From NCBI GenBank assembly GCA_046543095.1, contig JBKHAC010000001.1:56858-120857 (forward strand): a DNA stretch of 64,000 nt, given 5' to 3'. This stretch comes from Candidatus Woesearchaeota archaeon (GTDB taxonomy: Archaea; Nanobdellota; Nanobdellia; Woesearchaeales; 21-14-0-10-32-9). Position 1 is the first letter of the stretch; each line of letters starts with the position of its first letter. The translations under genes and the position numbers were made by a program. Below are positions 35,471-44,608 of the stretch, piece by piece. The notes under the pieces are model-generated. The model saw only the letters and a program-made list of their open reading frames with translations, did no database searches and was not told where the DNA came from.

Positions 35471-36067
35471 ATGAATAGAAACATAATACATATTGTTCAA
35501 AGTGAGATTTTTAAAGTTGTGCCTAGATTCTCTTTTTTAAGCAAAGCAGATGTGGACATTTTAGTAAATAACCTACACTCTGGCTTGATTTCTTTGAATT
35601 ATTATCCTGATGTTATTGTTGGAATTTCTTCAGGTGGAAATTATGCTTCTGCTAGGCTAAGTGACAAGTTTGGTGTGCCTTTAAAAAATGTGCATATTTC
35701 TCATTACAATATATCTTTTTGTGGTTTGGATTTGGATGAAATTGTAGGAGTTTATAGTGTTGCCAGATTATTTAATTATAAACCAAATACTTTTTTGAAA
35801 AATAATGTAGATGGTTCTTTTTTGAAGGATAAGTCTGTTTTGTTAGTTGATGATGATTCTTATTCAGGGTTTACTTTGAGAATTGCTAAAAATGCAATTT
35901 TAGAACATGAGCCTAAATCATTGAAAAGTATTGTTTTGCATACTTATTTTAATAATGCTGAAGTTGATTTTGCAGGAAAGTTTTATGAAAAAAGAGAATT
36001 TTATAATTTAAAGTTGAGGTTTCCTTGGTCTAAAATATCACCTCATTTTAAATCCGGATACTTTTGA
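35471..36067 (+). CDS. phosphoribosyltransferase-domain protein
   Basis: 198 aa. The PRPP-binding loop 'SVLLVDDDSYSGFTL' is preceded by 'DVIVGISSGGN'. Confidence 0.7.
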   Translation: MNRNIIHIVQSEIFKVVPRFSFLSKADVDILVNNLHSGLISLNYYPDVIVGISSGGNYASARLSDKFGVPLKNVHISHYNISFCGLDLDEIVGVYSVARLFNYKPNTFLKNNVDGSFLKDKSVLLVDDDSYSGFTLRIAKNAILEHEPKSLKSIVLHTYFNNAEVDFAGKFYEKREFYNLKLRFPWSKISPHFKSGYF

Positions 36068-36123
36068 GTGCGTTTATTATAAGTATCTACTTTGATACTG
36101 TTTTCTTTGAGAAAAAAAAAGAA

Positions 36124-36170
36124 ATGCCTTCACTTAAAAGTAGCTTGGGGGGTTGCTTTTGTGAAGGCAT
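36124..36170. terminator. strong hairpin between convergent genes (PRT / ftsZ)
   Basis: ATGCCTTCAC (36124-36133) pairs with GTGAAGGCAT (36161-36170), extended by AAAAG/CTTTT. A-run before and T-rich inside, so it could act in both directions. Confidence 0.4.
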
Positions 36171-36230
36171 GAGAATATAAGTTAAAAAAAGGTTGAAAAA
36201 AGCGTTTTTTTCTCTGCCTAATCTTTTTAT

Positions 36231-37280
36231 TTATTTGACGATTTCTATGCCGAGCTCTGAGCTAAGTCTTTGTCTTGCTGACTCTGCGTGTTTTGCGCTT
36301 GGTTTGCCTAGTATCCATGGAGATTTTACGCCTGTTATAATAGTCATAACGGTAATTTTTCCTTTCATCTCTTCAGATACGCGTGCACCCCAGATGACGT
36401 TTGCATCATCATCCATTGCTTCTGTTACGAGTTCTCCTATTTTGCTAATTTCGTCTAGTGTCATGTCCATTCCGCCGTGGATTTGGATGATTGCTCCGCT
36501 TGCGCCTTCGTAGCTGATATCTAGGAGTGGGTTTGATAGTGCTCCTTTTACTGATTCTTCTACTCTGTTTGCTGTGTCGCTTGCGCCGACGCCGATTGCT
36601 GCTACGTCTCCGTTTGTCATGATTGTTCTAACGTCTGCATAATCTAGATTTACTAGGCTTGGTACTGCGATTGTTTCTACGATTCCTTTGATCATTGTTG
36701 CTACTAGTTCGTTTGCGACTGCGAATGCTTGTTGTACGGGGAGGTTTCCTGCGATTTGCACTAATCTATTATTATCTATTACTATTACTGTGTCTGATAC
36801 TTTTCTGAGTTGTTGGAGTCCGTATTCTGCTTTATCTACTCTTGCTCTTTCAATTTTGAATGGCATTGTTACGGTTCCGATTACGATTGCACCCATGTCT
36901 CTTGCTACTTGTGCGACTACTGGTGCTGCGCCTGTTCCTGTTCCACCACCCATTCCTGCGCATACAAAAACCATATCTGATCCTTTTAGTGAATCTTTAA
37001 TGCTTGATAGGCTCTCTTGTGCTGCTTCTGCTCCTTTTTCGGGGTAGCCTCCACATCCAAGGCCTCTTGTGACATCTCTTCCTATTAGGAATTTTCTATC
37101 TGCTTCGACAATGTTTAAATGTTGTTGGTCGGTGTTGCAGGCTATGATTTCTGCGCCTTGAACTCCTTTGAGGTATAGCCAGTTGGTCATGTTTCCGCCA
37201 CCGCCACCGCACCCGATGACTTTGATGTTTGCTTGTCCTACTTCTACTTCTGGTTGGTATTCGTGTTTCATATTTTCCAT
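36231..37280 (-). CDS. ftsZ: cell division protein FtsZ
   Basis: 349 aa. 'IKVIGCGGGGGNM', tubulin signature 'GMGGGTGTGAAPVVA', and 'NLDYADVRTIM'. Confidence 0.95.
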   Translation of the reverse strand: MENMKHEYQPEVEVGQANIKVIGCGGGGGNMTNWLYLKGVQGAEIIACNTDQQHLNIVEADRKFLIGRDVTRGLGCGGYPEKGAEAAQESLSSIKDSLKGSDMVFVCAGMGGGTGTGAAPVVAQVARDMGAIVIGTVTMPFKIERARVDKAEYGLQQLRKVSDTVIVIDNNRLVQIAGNLPVQQAFAVANELVATMIKGIVETIAVPSLVNLDYADVRTIMTNGDVAAIGVGASDTANRVEESVKGALSNPLLDISYEGASGAIIQIHGGMDMTLDEISKIGELVTEAMDDDANVIWGARVSEEMKGKITVMTIITGVKSPWILGKPSAKHAESARQRLSSELGIEIVK

Positions 37281-37445
37281 TTTTTTATTTCCCCCTCCGC
37301 TTTTTATTTTTTTTGAGCATTAAGCTTTTTCTGGTTTTTGCCAGTATTGAGCAAAGCTCTGGTTTGGATTAGTGGAGTGTTATTTTTTTGTCACGTTTTT
37401 TGTTCTTTTAACGAGCCAATGTTATTCTAGAAAGTATATTTTATA

Positions 37446-37652
37446 TTATATACTTATAACTAGCAAAACATTTATATAGTTGCTAAACTCATTATCTTTT
37501 AGAACATGTTGTGACTTATCGCCAAGGTCACTTGCTTGATTCGCCAAAATCAAGTTTTTTTCGTCGAAACCATTTCGCCAAAAATGTTTTTCGATAAATT
37601 GTAAATATTTGTTTACCCGTCCCTTGGTTTTTCTTAATTTAATTACTTGCAT
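37446..37652 (-). CDS. doubtful small ORF
   Basis: 68-aa ORF in the ftsZ upstream region, no motif. Listed only because nothing else occupies the gap. Confidence 0.2.
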   Translation of the reverse strand: MQVIKLRKTKGRVNKYLQFIEKHFWRNGFDEKNLILANQASDLGDKSQHVLKDNEFSNYINVLLVISI

Positions 37653-37750
37653 ATGTTATATATAAATGTTTTTGTTCTATAATAAACAATATATAAAAGA
37701 CACTATTGCAAAGAATATGTTAAAAAGATATATTAAATCATTTTTATCGT

Positions 37751-38281
37751 CTAAGATTGCCAAAGAATTATTTTTTTTCCAGGGTAAAGTCCCATTGAAG
37801 CCATCTGATCATATTGAATTGGCGACAATAACAAATAAATAATATTGAATTTATATTTTTCTTTAATTTCATTTGTTCTATCTCTAATTAAGTTTTGATT
37901 AATTCCTTCGCCAACTATTAAAACGCTTACTTTATCACGTTCTTCTTTCCCATGTTGTATCGCCATATCAACACCTTCTACTGTTTTTATGAAATCTGCA
38001 AATTCTTGTATCGCGGATTTCTTGTCCTCTAAAATGCTTGAAAATATAGTTAGATTTTGTTCATTTGCAACATATGTTTTCAAATATCTATCCTTATACT
38101 CAATTATTAATTCTAGTTCTTTTAGTTGCAATATAATTCTATGAGCTGATGCTGGCGGTACTTTTGTCACCCTTGCAATCTCCCTTAAATAATATTGTCT
38201 TTCAGGGTTGTTCACAAAGAGCCTGAGTATTTTGATTATCTTGCGATCAAATAGAGTTTCTATTACTTTTTTCTTATCCAC
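37751..38281 (-). CDS. winged-helix transcriptional regulator with C-terminal alpha/beta domain
   Basis: 176 aa. 'YYLREIARVTKVPPASAHRIILQLKELELI' is a wHTH. GTG start, TAG stop. Confidence 0.7.
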   Translation of the reverse strand: MDKKKVIETLFDRKIIKILRLFVNNPERQYYLREIARVTKVPPASAHRIILQLKELELIIEYKDRYLKTYVANEQNLTIFSSILEDKKSAIQEFADFIKTVEGVDMAIQHGKEERDKVSVLIVGEGINQNLIRDRTNEIKEKYKFNIIYLLLSPIQYDQMASMGLYPGKKIILWQS

Positions 38282-38303
38282 ACACTGTCGTGTCGTCTAA
38301 TAC

Positions 38304-38311
38304 TATATAAA
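38304..38311 (-). promoter_or_regulatory. TATA box (TTTATATA on minus strand) for a leaderless transcript of the gene at 37751-38281
   Basis: Matches the archaeal TTTAWATA consensus. The box centre is about 26 nt upstream of the start codon at 38281. Confidence 0.4.
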
Positions 38312-38323
38312 CTTTACTGTTTT

Positions 38324-38338
38324 TGGAACGGCGTTCCA
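38324..38338. promoter_or_regulatory. palindrome TGGAAC-GGC-GTTCCA plus an adjacent third half-site (TTTTTGGAAC, 38339-38348)
   Basis: Perfect 6+6 inverted repeat in the divergent promoter region, next to the wHTH regulator gene. Candidate operator. Confidence 0.4.
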
Positions 38339-38437
38339 TTTTTGGAACAGCTTGGTTCGAGCCATTTCGCAACCTTGATTAAGCAAAAATATTAAAAAAT
38401 AAGACGAACCCAGATTCTTAGAAAAAAGGAAGATTAA

Positions 38438-39481
38438 ATGAAAAGACTAGCAAAAAGATCACAAAGTAAAGAATATTTACTAGGTGTAAAATTATCCCAA
38501 GAAAATCTTAATCTAAGTAAACGCGAAGCAGAATCATGTTTGAAAATATATTTTAAAGTAGAATATATGTCTTGTTTAAACAATATTTGTTTATTTAAAA
38601 TCAAAGGAGATTTAGCTAACTTGAATAGGTGTCTTGATAGACTCGCGTTTTCAAAAGAAGGTTATTTGTTTTCAAAATCAAATAGTTTTGATAATTCTCT
38701 CAAAGATCTTTTAGTTGATTTAAATTTGCCACATGGTGAAGCATCTAGTTTTAAAATTTTACCTATTTTATATAAAGAATCTGAAAAAGCCAATATAATC
38801 AGTAGTTTTGCAAGCAAAGTTTTAGAAAAAAGTATTTCCGGCAAGATTTCCTTATCAAATCCTGATTTTGTTGTTTGTGCAAGCACCACCCCCAATCTTT
38901 TAGGCGTTCTTGTTTGGACTAATAAAGACGCGTCGCGTCATCGTAGGATGCATTTAAAGCCCGCCCCACATCCTAGTGGTATTGATCCTAGGCTTGCCAG
39001 AGCCATGATTAATCTTGCTAGTGCTAAATTTGAAGTTTTTGATCCGTTTTGTGGCGCCGGAGGTATTTTGGAGGAAGTAAAGCTTTTAAGTCTAAAGTAT
39101 ATTGGAACCGATATTTCTTGGAAGATGATTAATCTTGCAAGGGCAAATCTTAAAAGTAAAGACGGCCTTTTTTGCAAGGATGCCTTGCTGTGGGACAGGC
39201 AAGTTGAGTGTGTTGTAACTGATTTGCCTTATGGTAAGAATTCTAAGCTTGTTGGTTCTTTAAATGTTTTAATTAATAATTTTTTTGAGAAATACATTAC
39301 GGTAACGAGTAAAATTGTTGTTTGTGCACCTAATTCTTATGATTTGGAGTTTTATGCAAAAAATCATGGTTGGACATTGTATGATTTCTTTGAGGTTTAT
39401 GTTCATGGTTCGCTCACGCGTAAAATTCATGTTTTTGAAAATACAACCCTTATTAACTCAAATAAGCGCGACATCAATTAG
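38438..39481 (+). CDS. THUMP-domain tRNA (guanine-N2)-methyltransferase, Trm11/Trm-G10-like
   Basis: 347 aa. An N-terminal THUMP-size domain, then 'VFDPFCGAGGILEE' (SAM motif I) and 'VVTDLPYGKNS' (the D/N-PPY-type motif IV). TAG stop. Confidence 0.8.
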   Translation: MKRLAKRSQSKEYLLGVKLSQENLNLSKREAESCLKIYFKVEYMSCLNNICLFKIKGDLANLNRCLDRLAFSKEGYLFSKSNSFDNSLKDLLVDLNLPHGEASSFKILPILYKESEKANIISSFASKVLEKSISGKISLSNPDFVVCASTTPNLLGVLVWTNKDASRHRRMHLKPAPHPSGIDPRLARAMINLASAKFEVFDPFCGAGGILEEVKLLSLKYIGTDISWKMINLARANLKSKDGLFCKDALLWDRQVECVVTDLPYGKNSKLVGSLNVLINNFFEKYITVTSKIVVCAPNSYDLEFYAKNHGWTLYDFFEVYVHGSLTRKIHVFENTTLINSNKRDIN

Positions 39482-39530
39482 AAATATTTATATAAGCTCA
39501 TCTTTAAGCATGAGTTTAGGTGAGATAAAT

Positions 39531-40451
39531 ATGTTAACTACAACTAAATCTATGCTTAAAAAAGCTCAGCGAGGAGAGTATGCTGTTGGTGCTTTTAATA
39601 CGAGTAATTTGGAATTTTCAAGGGCAATTATTGAAGCTGCTGAGGAGTTGAAGTCCCCTGTAATTGTTCAAACTTCTACTAGTGCAATAAAGTACGCAGG
39701 AATTAAGGAGATTTATTCCATTGTGAATTCTCTTGCAAAGTCCGCGAAGGTTCCTGTTGCTCTTCATTTAGATCATGGTCCTGATTTAATTTGGGCAAAA
39801 AAGTGTTTAAATACTGGTTATACTTCTGTTATGATTGATGCGTCTGCGCTTCCTTTTAAAGAGAATGTCGCGTTAACTAAAAAAGTAGTAGCTTCTGCAA
39901 AAAAGCATGGTGCGAGTGTCGAGGCTGAGATTGGCGCGCTTCAAGGTATTGAAGATGATTTGGTTGTTGATTCAAGTAATGCTCATTTGACTAATCCTAT
40001 TGAGGCAAAAAAGTTTGTTGAGCTTACTGGTTGTGATTCTTTAGCTATTGCTATTGGTACTAGTCATGGTCCTTATAAGTTCAAAGGTAAATCTAGACTT
40101 GATTTTAAGCGTCTTGATGAAGTTAGAAGAACAATTAAAATACCTATAGTATTACATGGTGCATCTAGCATTCCTCAAAAAACTTTAATTAAGGCTAGAA
40201 AGTATGGTGCAGTCATCGGGGACGCGCATGGCGTTAGTAATTCTGATTTAAAAAAGGCAATTAAACATGGTATTTGTAAGGTGAATATTGATTCTGATTT
40301 ACGTTTAGTGTTTAATGCTGCGCTTCGTGAGTTTTTAGCAAAGAATCCTAAAGTGTATGATCCTAGAACTATTTTATCTTATACTAATAAAGCTATTAAG
40401 GAATTTGTTAAAGAAAAAATCAAGGTTCTTGGTAGCGCTGGCAAGGCTTAG
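39531..40451 (+). CDS. fba: class II fructose-bisphosphate aldolase
   Basis: The ORF-track start (39315) overlaps the previous gene. An ATG at 39531 with AGGTGA 8 nt upstream gives 'MLTTTKSMLKKAQRGEYAVGAFN', the canonical N-terminus. Further motifs: 'ALHLDHG', 'EAEIGAL', 'LAIAIGTSHGPYK' and 'VLHGASS'. Confidence 0.9.
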   Translation: MLTTTKSMLKKAQRGEYAVGAFNTSNLEFSRAIIEAAEELKSPVIVQTSTSAIKYAGIKEIYSIVNSLAKSAKVPVALHLDHGPDLIWAKKCLNTGYTSVMIDASALPFKENVALTKKVVASAKKHGASVEAEIGALQGIEDDLVVDSSNAHLTNPIEAKKFVELTGCDSLAIAIGTSHGPYKFKGKSRLDFKRLDEVRRTIKIPIVLHGASSIPQKTLIKARKYGAVIGDAHGVSNSDLKKAIKHGICKVNIDSDLRLVFNAALREFLAKNPKVYDPRTILSYTNKAIKEFVKEKIKVLGSAGKA

Positions 40452-40489
40452 TTTTTAGTCTTTAGACCTTAATTGATTATTTATTTTTT

Positions 40490-41269
40490 TTATTTTCTAA
40501 GCGCATCTTTTGGTGCTTTGCCTTCGAATAATACGTCTTTTAGTTTTTTTGTGATTTCTAGTGGTTCGTCGTGTTGCCAGATATTTCTGCCGACTGCGAC
40601 GCCTACTGCGCCTGCTTGTGTTGCTTCATGCACTGCCTTTAAGAATTGTTCATCTGGGTGCTTCTCACCTCCTGCGATGATTACTTTTGTTTTTCCTGCG
40701 CACTTAGTTATCCACCTCATTCCTTCTGCATCTCCGTTGTATTTTACTTCAACTACATCAGCGCCGAGTTCCATTGCGCATCTAGCTGCGTATGCTATTG
40801 TGTCTGTATCTTGTTCATTCACTCCTTCGCCGCGTGGGTGCATCCAGCATATTACTGGTATTCCTGCATTATGTGCTTGCTCACATATTCGTCCGAATTC
40901 GACGAACATTTGTTGTTCGTGTAAGCTTCCAAGGTATATTGTATATCCTACTCCTGCTGCGCCAAGTTCTAGTGCGTGTTTGACTGATGTATGTTGTAAG
41001 GATAGTGGGTCTCCTTTTGGGTGTGTTGTTCTTCCATTTAGCTTTATTATTAGCGGTACGTCTTTAAAGTAGCTCATGTAATATTTGTCAGCTATTCCTG
41101 TTTGAAGAACTAGTGCTGTGTATCTGCCTTCAAGTGCGATGTCAAGTACATAGTTTGGGTCTGCCGTTTTTGTGTTGAGATCTTTGGGGCCGTGTTCAAA
41201 TCCGTGATCGTATGAGAGCATCATAATTTTATCTTTTTTCATAATTCTATCTATTTTTATTTTTTTCAT
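40490..41269 (-). CDS. class I aldolase of the DhnA/FbaB (archaeal class IA / ADH-synthase) family
   Basis: 259 aa. 'MMLSYDHGFEHGP', Schiff-base region 'ADVVEVKYNGD', and 'VGVAVGRNIWQ'. Confidence 0.8.
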   Translation of the reverse strand: MKKIKIDRIMKKDKIMMLSYDHGFEHGPKDLNTKTADPNYVLDIALEGRYTALVLQTGIADKYYMSYFKDVPLIIKLNGRTTHPKGDPLSLQHTSVKHALELGAAGVGYTIYLGSLHEQQMFVEFGRICEQAHNAGIPVICWMHPRGEGVNEQDTDTIAYAARCAMELGADVVEVKYNGDAEGMRWITKCAGKTKVIIAGGEKHPDEQFLKAVHEATQAGAVGVAVGRNIWQHDEPLEITKKLKDVLFEGKAPKDALRK

Positions 41270-41295
41270 GAATCATCAATCCTCTTTTGTTTTTC

Positions 41296-42282
41296 TTATA
41301 ATTTTTTTGTTATTATTTTTCTTTTATCTTTTTTTATTGAGTAAAGCATTTCTTTTTTTGTTAGTAGTTTGTTTTTTGCGCCTCGGCTTTGTATTACTTG
41401 TTCTGCTTGTATCATGCCCCATTTTAGTGCGTTTTTTATATTGTTATTTGTCATTATAGCTGCTGTGAATGCTGATGCGAATGCATCTCCTGCACCTGTT
41501 GTCTCAACTAGTTTTACTTTTTTTGGGTGTGCATGTAGTAAATTTTCACCATCATAACCATATGCTCCTCTGGATCCGTCTGTTATCACTATAACGCCTT
41601 TTGGTTTTATTATTTTTTTTAATTGTTTAAATGCGTCATTCATGTTTTTTGTTTTTGTGAGTAGTAATGCTTCTTCTTTGTTAAATACAAGTATATTTGT
41701 CGCAGCAAGTATTGGATTCAATTCTTTAATTCCTTTAACTACTAAGTATTCTGATGGATTAAATGTTAGTTTTATGTTGTTTTTTTGTGCGTATCTTGCA
41801 AGGCTTTTTAATAGATCAAGACTTGAGCTCATCATTGAACTGAAGTAAAACCATTTTGTTTTAAGTTTTGTTTTGTCAACTTCCCTATATCTGAAGTTGT
41901 CGTTTGAACCTTTGTGTGTGAGTATTGTTCTATCATGAGCTATTGAATCTAAAATAACAGAATATCCTGATTGTTTCCCAAATGCACCTATGAAGTCTAT
42001 ATTCAGTTTGTTTATTTCATGTAATATTTTAGCTCCATTTTCATCGTGTCCTATTTTTCCAAGGTATGCTGTTTTAAATCCTAGTTTCTTAAAGGATGCT
42101 GCCGTGTTTGTTCCGCCTCCACCTAGATGAAATTCTAAATTAGTTATGAGTATTTTTGAACCTAAAGGATATGCTAGCACTTCTTTTTTTTTCTTTGTTT
42201 TTTTAGAAATGTTTACTACTTCAACATCTGTGTGTACAAATGCATCCAGTGTGTTGCTACCTACAGTTATTACATCATACAA
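41296..42282 (-). CDS. PfkB-family sugar/nucleoside kinase
   Basis: 328 aa. TTG start with GAGGTGA 7 nt upstream. 'YDVITVGSNTLD', 'GGGGTNTA', and 'TTGAGDAFASAF' (ATP/anion-hole motif). Confidence 0.85.
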   Translation of the reverse strand: MYDVITVGSNTLDAFVHTDVEVVNISKKTKKKKEVLAYPLGSKILITNLEFHLGGGGTNTAASFKKLGFKTAYLGKIGHDENGAKILHEINKLNIDFIGAFGKQSGYSVILDSIAHDRTILTHKGSNDNFRYREVDKTKLKTKWFYFSSMMSSSLDLLKSLARYAQKNNIKLTFNPSEYLVVKGIKELNPILAATNILVFNKEEALLLTKTKNMNDAFKQLKKIIKPKGVIVITDGSRGAYGYDGENLLHAHPKKVKLVETTGAGDAFASAFTAAIMTNNNIKNALKWGMIQAEQVIQSRGAKNKLLTKKEMLYSIKKDKRKIITKKL

Positions 42283-42325
42283 TTTATTTTCACCTCTTTT
42301 TAAAAAATAGAAAAATTATTTAAAA

Positions 42326-43144
42326 TTATAATAGCGGGTTTTGTCCACCATATAGTGCGTGAAATGCGCCTTCTTTGAATTCGAAACTGAATACATCTGG
42401 TTTGAATTTTGTTGCTCGCATTTTGTCTATTTTTATCTCTCGCACTATATTCCGTCTGAATGGTGTGAGTCTTAAATCTATTATTCCATCGCATAAGAAT
42501 GCTTCGCTATCATAGGTTTGTGAATCAGATAATTCGTTGTATGATCTCTCAGATATCATATAAGATGTTAGGTTTAAATCTCTTAAAAAGTCAAATAAGT
42601 AGAATAATTCTAGGCGAGGATTTTCGAAGGTTGATACTGTGTATAGTGCTCTAAGCGAATCGAATGTTACAAGTTCTATTCCTACTTCTTTTTTTGCTCT
42701 AAGTATTATGTTTTTTACAACATTGAGCCAGCTTCTATTTTCGCTTACTTTTATATCTTTTACTTGTTTTCTAATACATGCAACATCTGTTACTATTATG
42801 TTTCCTTGTCCTTTTTTTACTTGTTTTAGTAGTGCGCTAAAATTTGTTAGATCATCTATATGCACTATATTTATTTTGTTTAGATCAAAACCCATATTCA
42901 CCATGTTTTTTAATATTGATTCATAGGATTGTTCTAACGATATGTACAGTCCCGTTCTTTTTTTTAATAATGCTTCTTGGTATAGTATGTTGAAGCACAG
43001 TGATGATTTCATTGTTCCTGCAGATCCGTGTACTACGACTATGTGCCCTTCAGGTATGCCTCCTTGCATATTTTCATCAAGACCTTTAACGTAGGTTTTT
43101 ATTCTTTTTATTTGATTAGGACTTTCTATTATATTTTTAGACAT
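42326..43144 (-). CDS. KaiC/RecA-superfamily ATPase-like protein with an atypical P-loop
   Basis: 272 aa. 'VKGLDENMQGGIPEGHIVVVHGSAGTMKSSLCFNILYQ' has KaiC-like architecture, but Walker A reads GSAGTMKS, with Met where the invariant Gly precedes Lys. Confidence 0.7.
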   Translation of the reverse strand: MSKNIIESPNQIKRIKTYVKGLDENMQGGIPEGHIVVVHGSAGTMKSSLCFNILYQEALLKKRTGLYISLEQSYESILKNMVNMGFDLNKINIVHIDDLTNFSALLKQVKKGQGNIIVTDVACIRKQVKDIKVSENRSWLNVVKNIILRAKKEVGIELVTFDSLRALYTVSTFENPRLELFYLFDFLRDLNLTSYMISERSYNELSDSQTYDSEAFLCDGIIDLRLTPFRRNIVREIKIDKMRATKFKPDVFSFEFKEGAFHALYGGQNPLL

Positions 43145-43352
43145 CTACTCTTCACCCCTCTTATTCTTTTTATAATTTGTTTTGTTTATAAATTTTTTCT
43201 TTAATTTATTATAAATTGGATTTAACGCGCCTCTACTTCGAGGGAAGTTGTGAATCCAATTTGCAATGATACGAAATCCATATTAAAAATTAATATTGTT
43301 TCTTCCTAAATTCACTGTTTAACACATATAATTTTTAGGATTTTTGTTTTGT

Positions 43353-44603
43353 TTATTTTCCTTCTTTATAATGAAGCCAAAGCACAGTTCCTTCTTTTGT
43401 TTGTACAACTATATTATTTTTTACTACTGCGCAGCCTATAACTAAACCTCCCGTTTTGTATTCCCAGACTTTATCTCCTATTATTTCTCCAGGTGCATTA
43501 CTGGGTATATCTGAATAATTACCGTTTTGTGCAACTATTCCTGAAACTCCTGGAACATAATCTATGATGTATAAACCTTTTCCTGTAAGCACATACACTT
43601 TATTATCATATGACCCTACTATTACCTCCATTGCGCCATCTTGATCTACATCTCGTGGTACTGGTTTGCCTATTATCCAGAAATCTGTTTCATAATTCCA
43701 TAGTTGGTGTCCTTGCATTGTTAAAACATAGATATTTCCATCTGTTGAACCAAATATTATTTCATCCATGCCATCTTCATTTATGTCAAGTACTGTTGGC
43801 TCTGAATATATTGCGCCTTTTGTTTTGAATTTCCAGATTAATTTCCCTTCATAAGATATGCAATATAAATTGTTATCAACACCGCTAACTAGTATTGCAT
43901 TCGTATTATCATATAATTTTGCAAGTACTGGTTTTGATGCTATTTTGTCTTTTGTTTTAAAAACCCAGTTTAGTTTTCCTTTAAGTGTTAATGATTTTAT
44001 TATACCTGAATTATCTCCAAAAATTATATTATTTTCTAGCATTATTGGTGTTGATTCTATTTCTGAGTTATTTACAAGTTTTCTTAATAATTTACCTTCA
44101 TTTGATAATATATAAATATTTTTATCTGTCGAGCCGAATATTAGGCCTGTTTTATTTGTTCCTGTAATTGTAAATGAATTTATTGCCCCTCTTATTGGGT
44201 GATTCATTTTATATTTCCAAATCATATTTCCTTTATAATCTAATGCGTAAACAACACCATATTCTGTTCCAAAAATTATGTTTTTTTTACCATCGTTATT
44301 TAAATCAACTATTAGAGGTGCATGATTTATACTATTGCTTTTCTCGAAGTCAAGAAACATTGCATCTTGTTCAGATATGTCTTCAGACACTATATATTTC
44401 CATTTTATTTCTCTATTCTCAGAAAATACCAATATCTCGCCTTTTGTATTTGTAAGTATGGTCTCTATTTCTCCATCGCCAGTTATATCTTCACATATTG
44501 GCGCAGATGTGCTCTCTGAGCCTAATTCAAATTTTGTTATAAGATCTATTTTGCCTTTTTTTATTCCGAAAAATCGTCTTATTATTTTTAGTAGTTTGTT
44601 CAT
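43353..44603 (-). CDS. beta-propeller repeat protein (PQQ/FG-GAP-like blades)
   Basis: The ORF track uses a GTG at 44633; the ATG at 44603 avoids overlap with the upstream gene. Repeated 'D(I/L/V)(N/T/D)xDGxxE(I/V)I(F/V)G(S/T)' and 'Y(A/V/C)L...G...W(K/N)Y' blades. Confidence 0.75.
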   Translation of the reverse strand: MNKLLKIIRRFFGIKKGKIDLITKFELGSESTSAPICEDITGDGEIETILTNTKGEILVFSENREIKWKYIVSEDISEQDAMFLDFEKSNSINHAPLIVDLNNDGKKNIIFGTEYGVVYALDYKGNMIWKYKMNHPIRGAINSFTITGTNKTGLIFGSTDKNIYILSNEGKLLRKLVNNSEIESTPIMLENNIIFGDNSGIIKSLTLKGKLNWVFKTKDKIASKPVLAKLYDNTNAILVSGVDNNLYCISYEGKLIWKFKTKGAIYSEPTVLDINEDGMDEIIFGSTDGNIYVLTMQGHQLWNYETDFWIIGKPVPRDVDQDGAMEVIVGSYDNKVYVLTGKGLYIIDYVPGVSGIVAQNGNYSDIPSNAPGEIIGDKVWEYKTGGLVIGCAVVKNNIVVQTKEGTVLWLHYKEGK

Positions 44604-44608
44604 TTTTA

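Noticed and set aside
39315-39530. The ORF-track start at 39315 for the class II aldolase (378 aa).
   Set aside because: This extension overlaps the 3' end of the Trm11-like gene in another frame and encodes non-homologous sequence. The canonical FBA N-terminus begins at the ATG at 39531, which has an AGGTGA Shine-Dalgarno 8 nt upstream.
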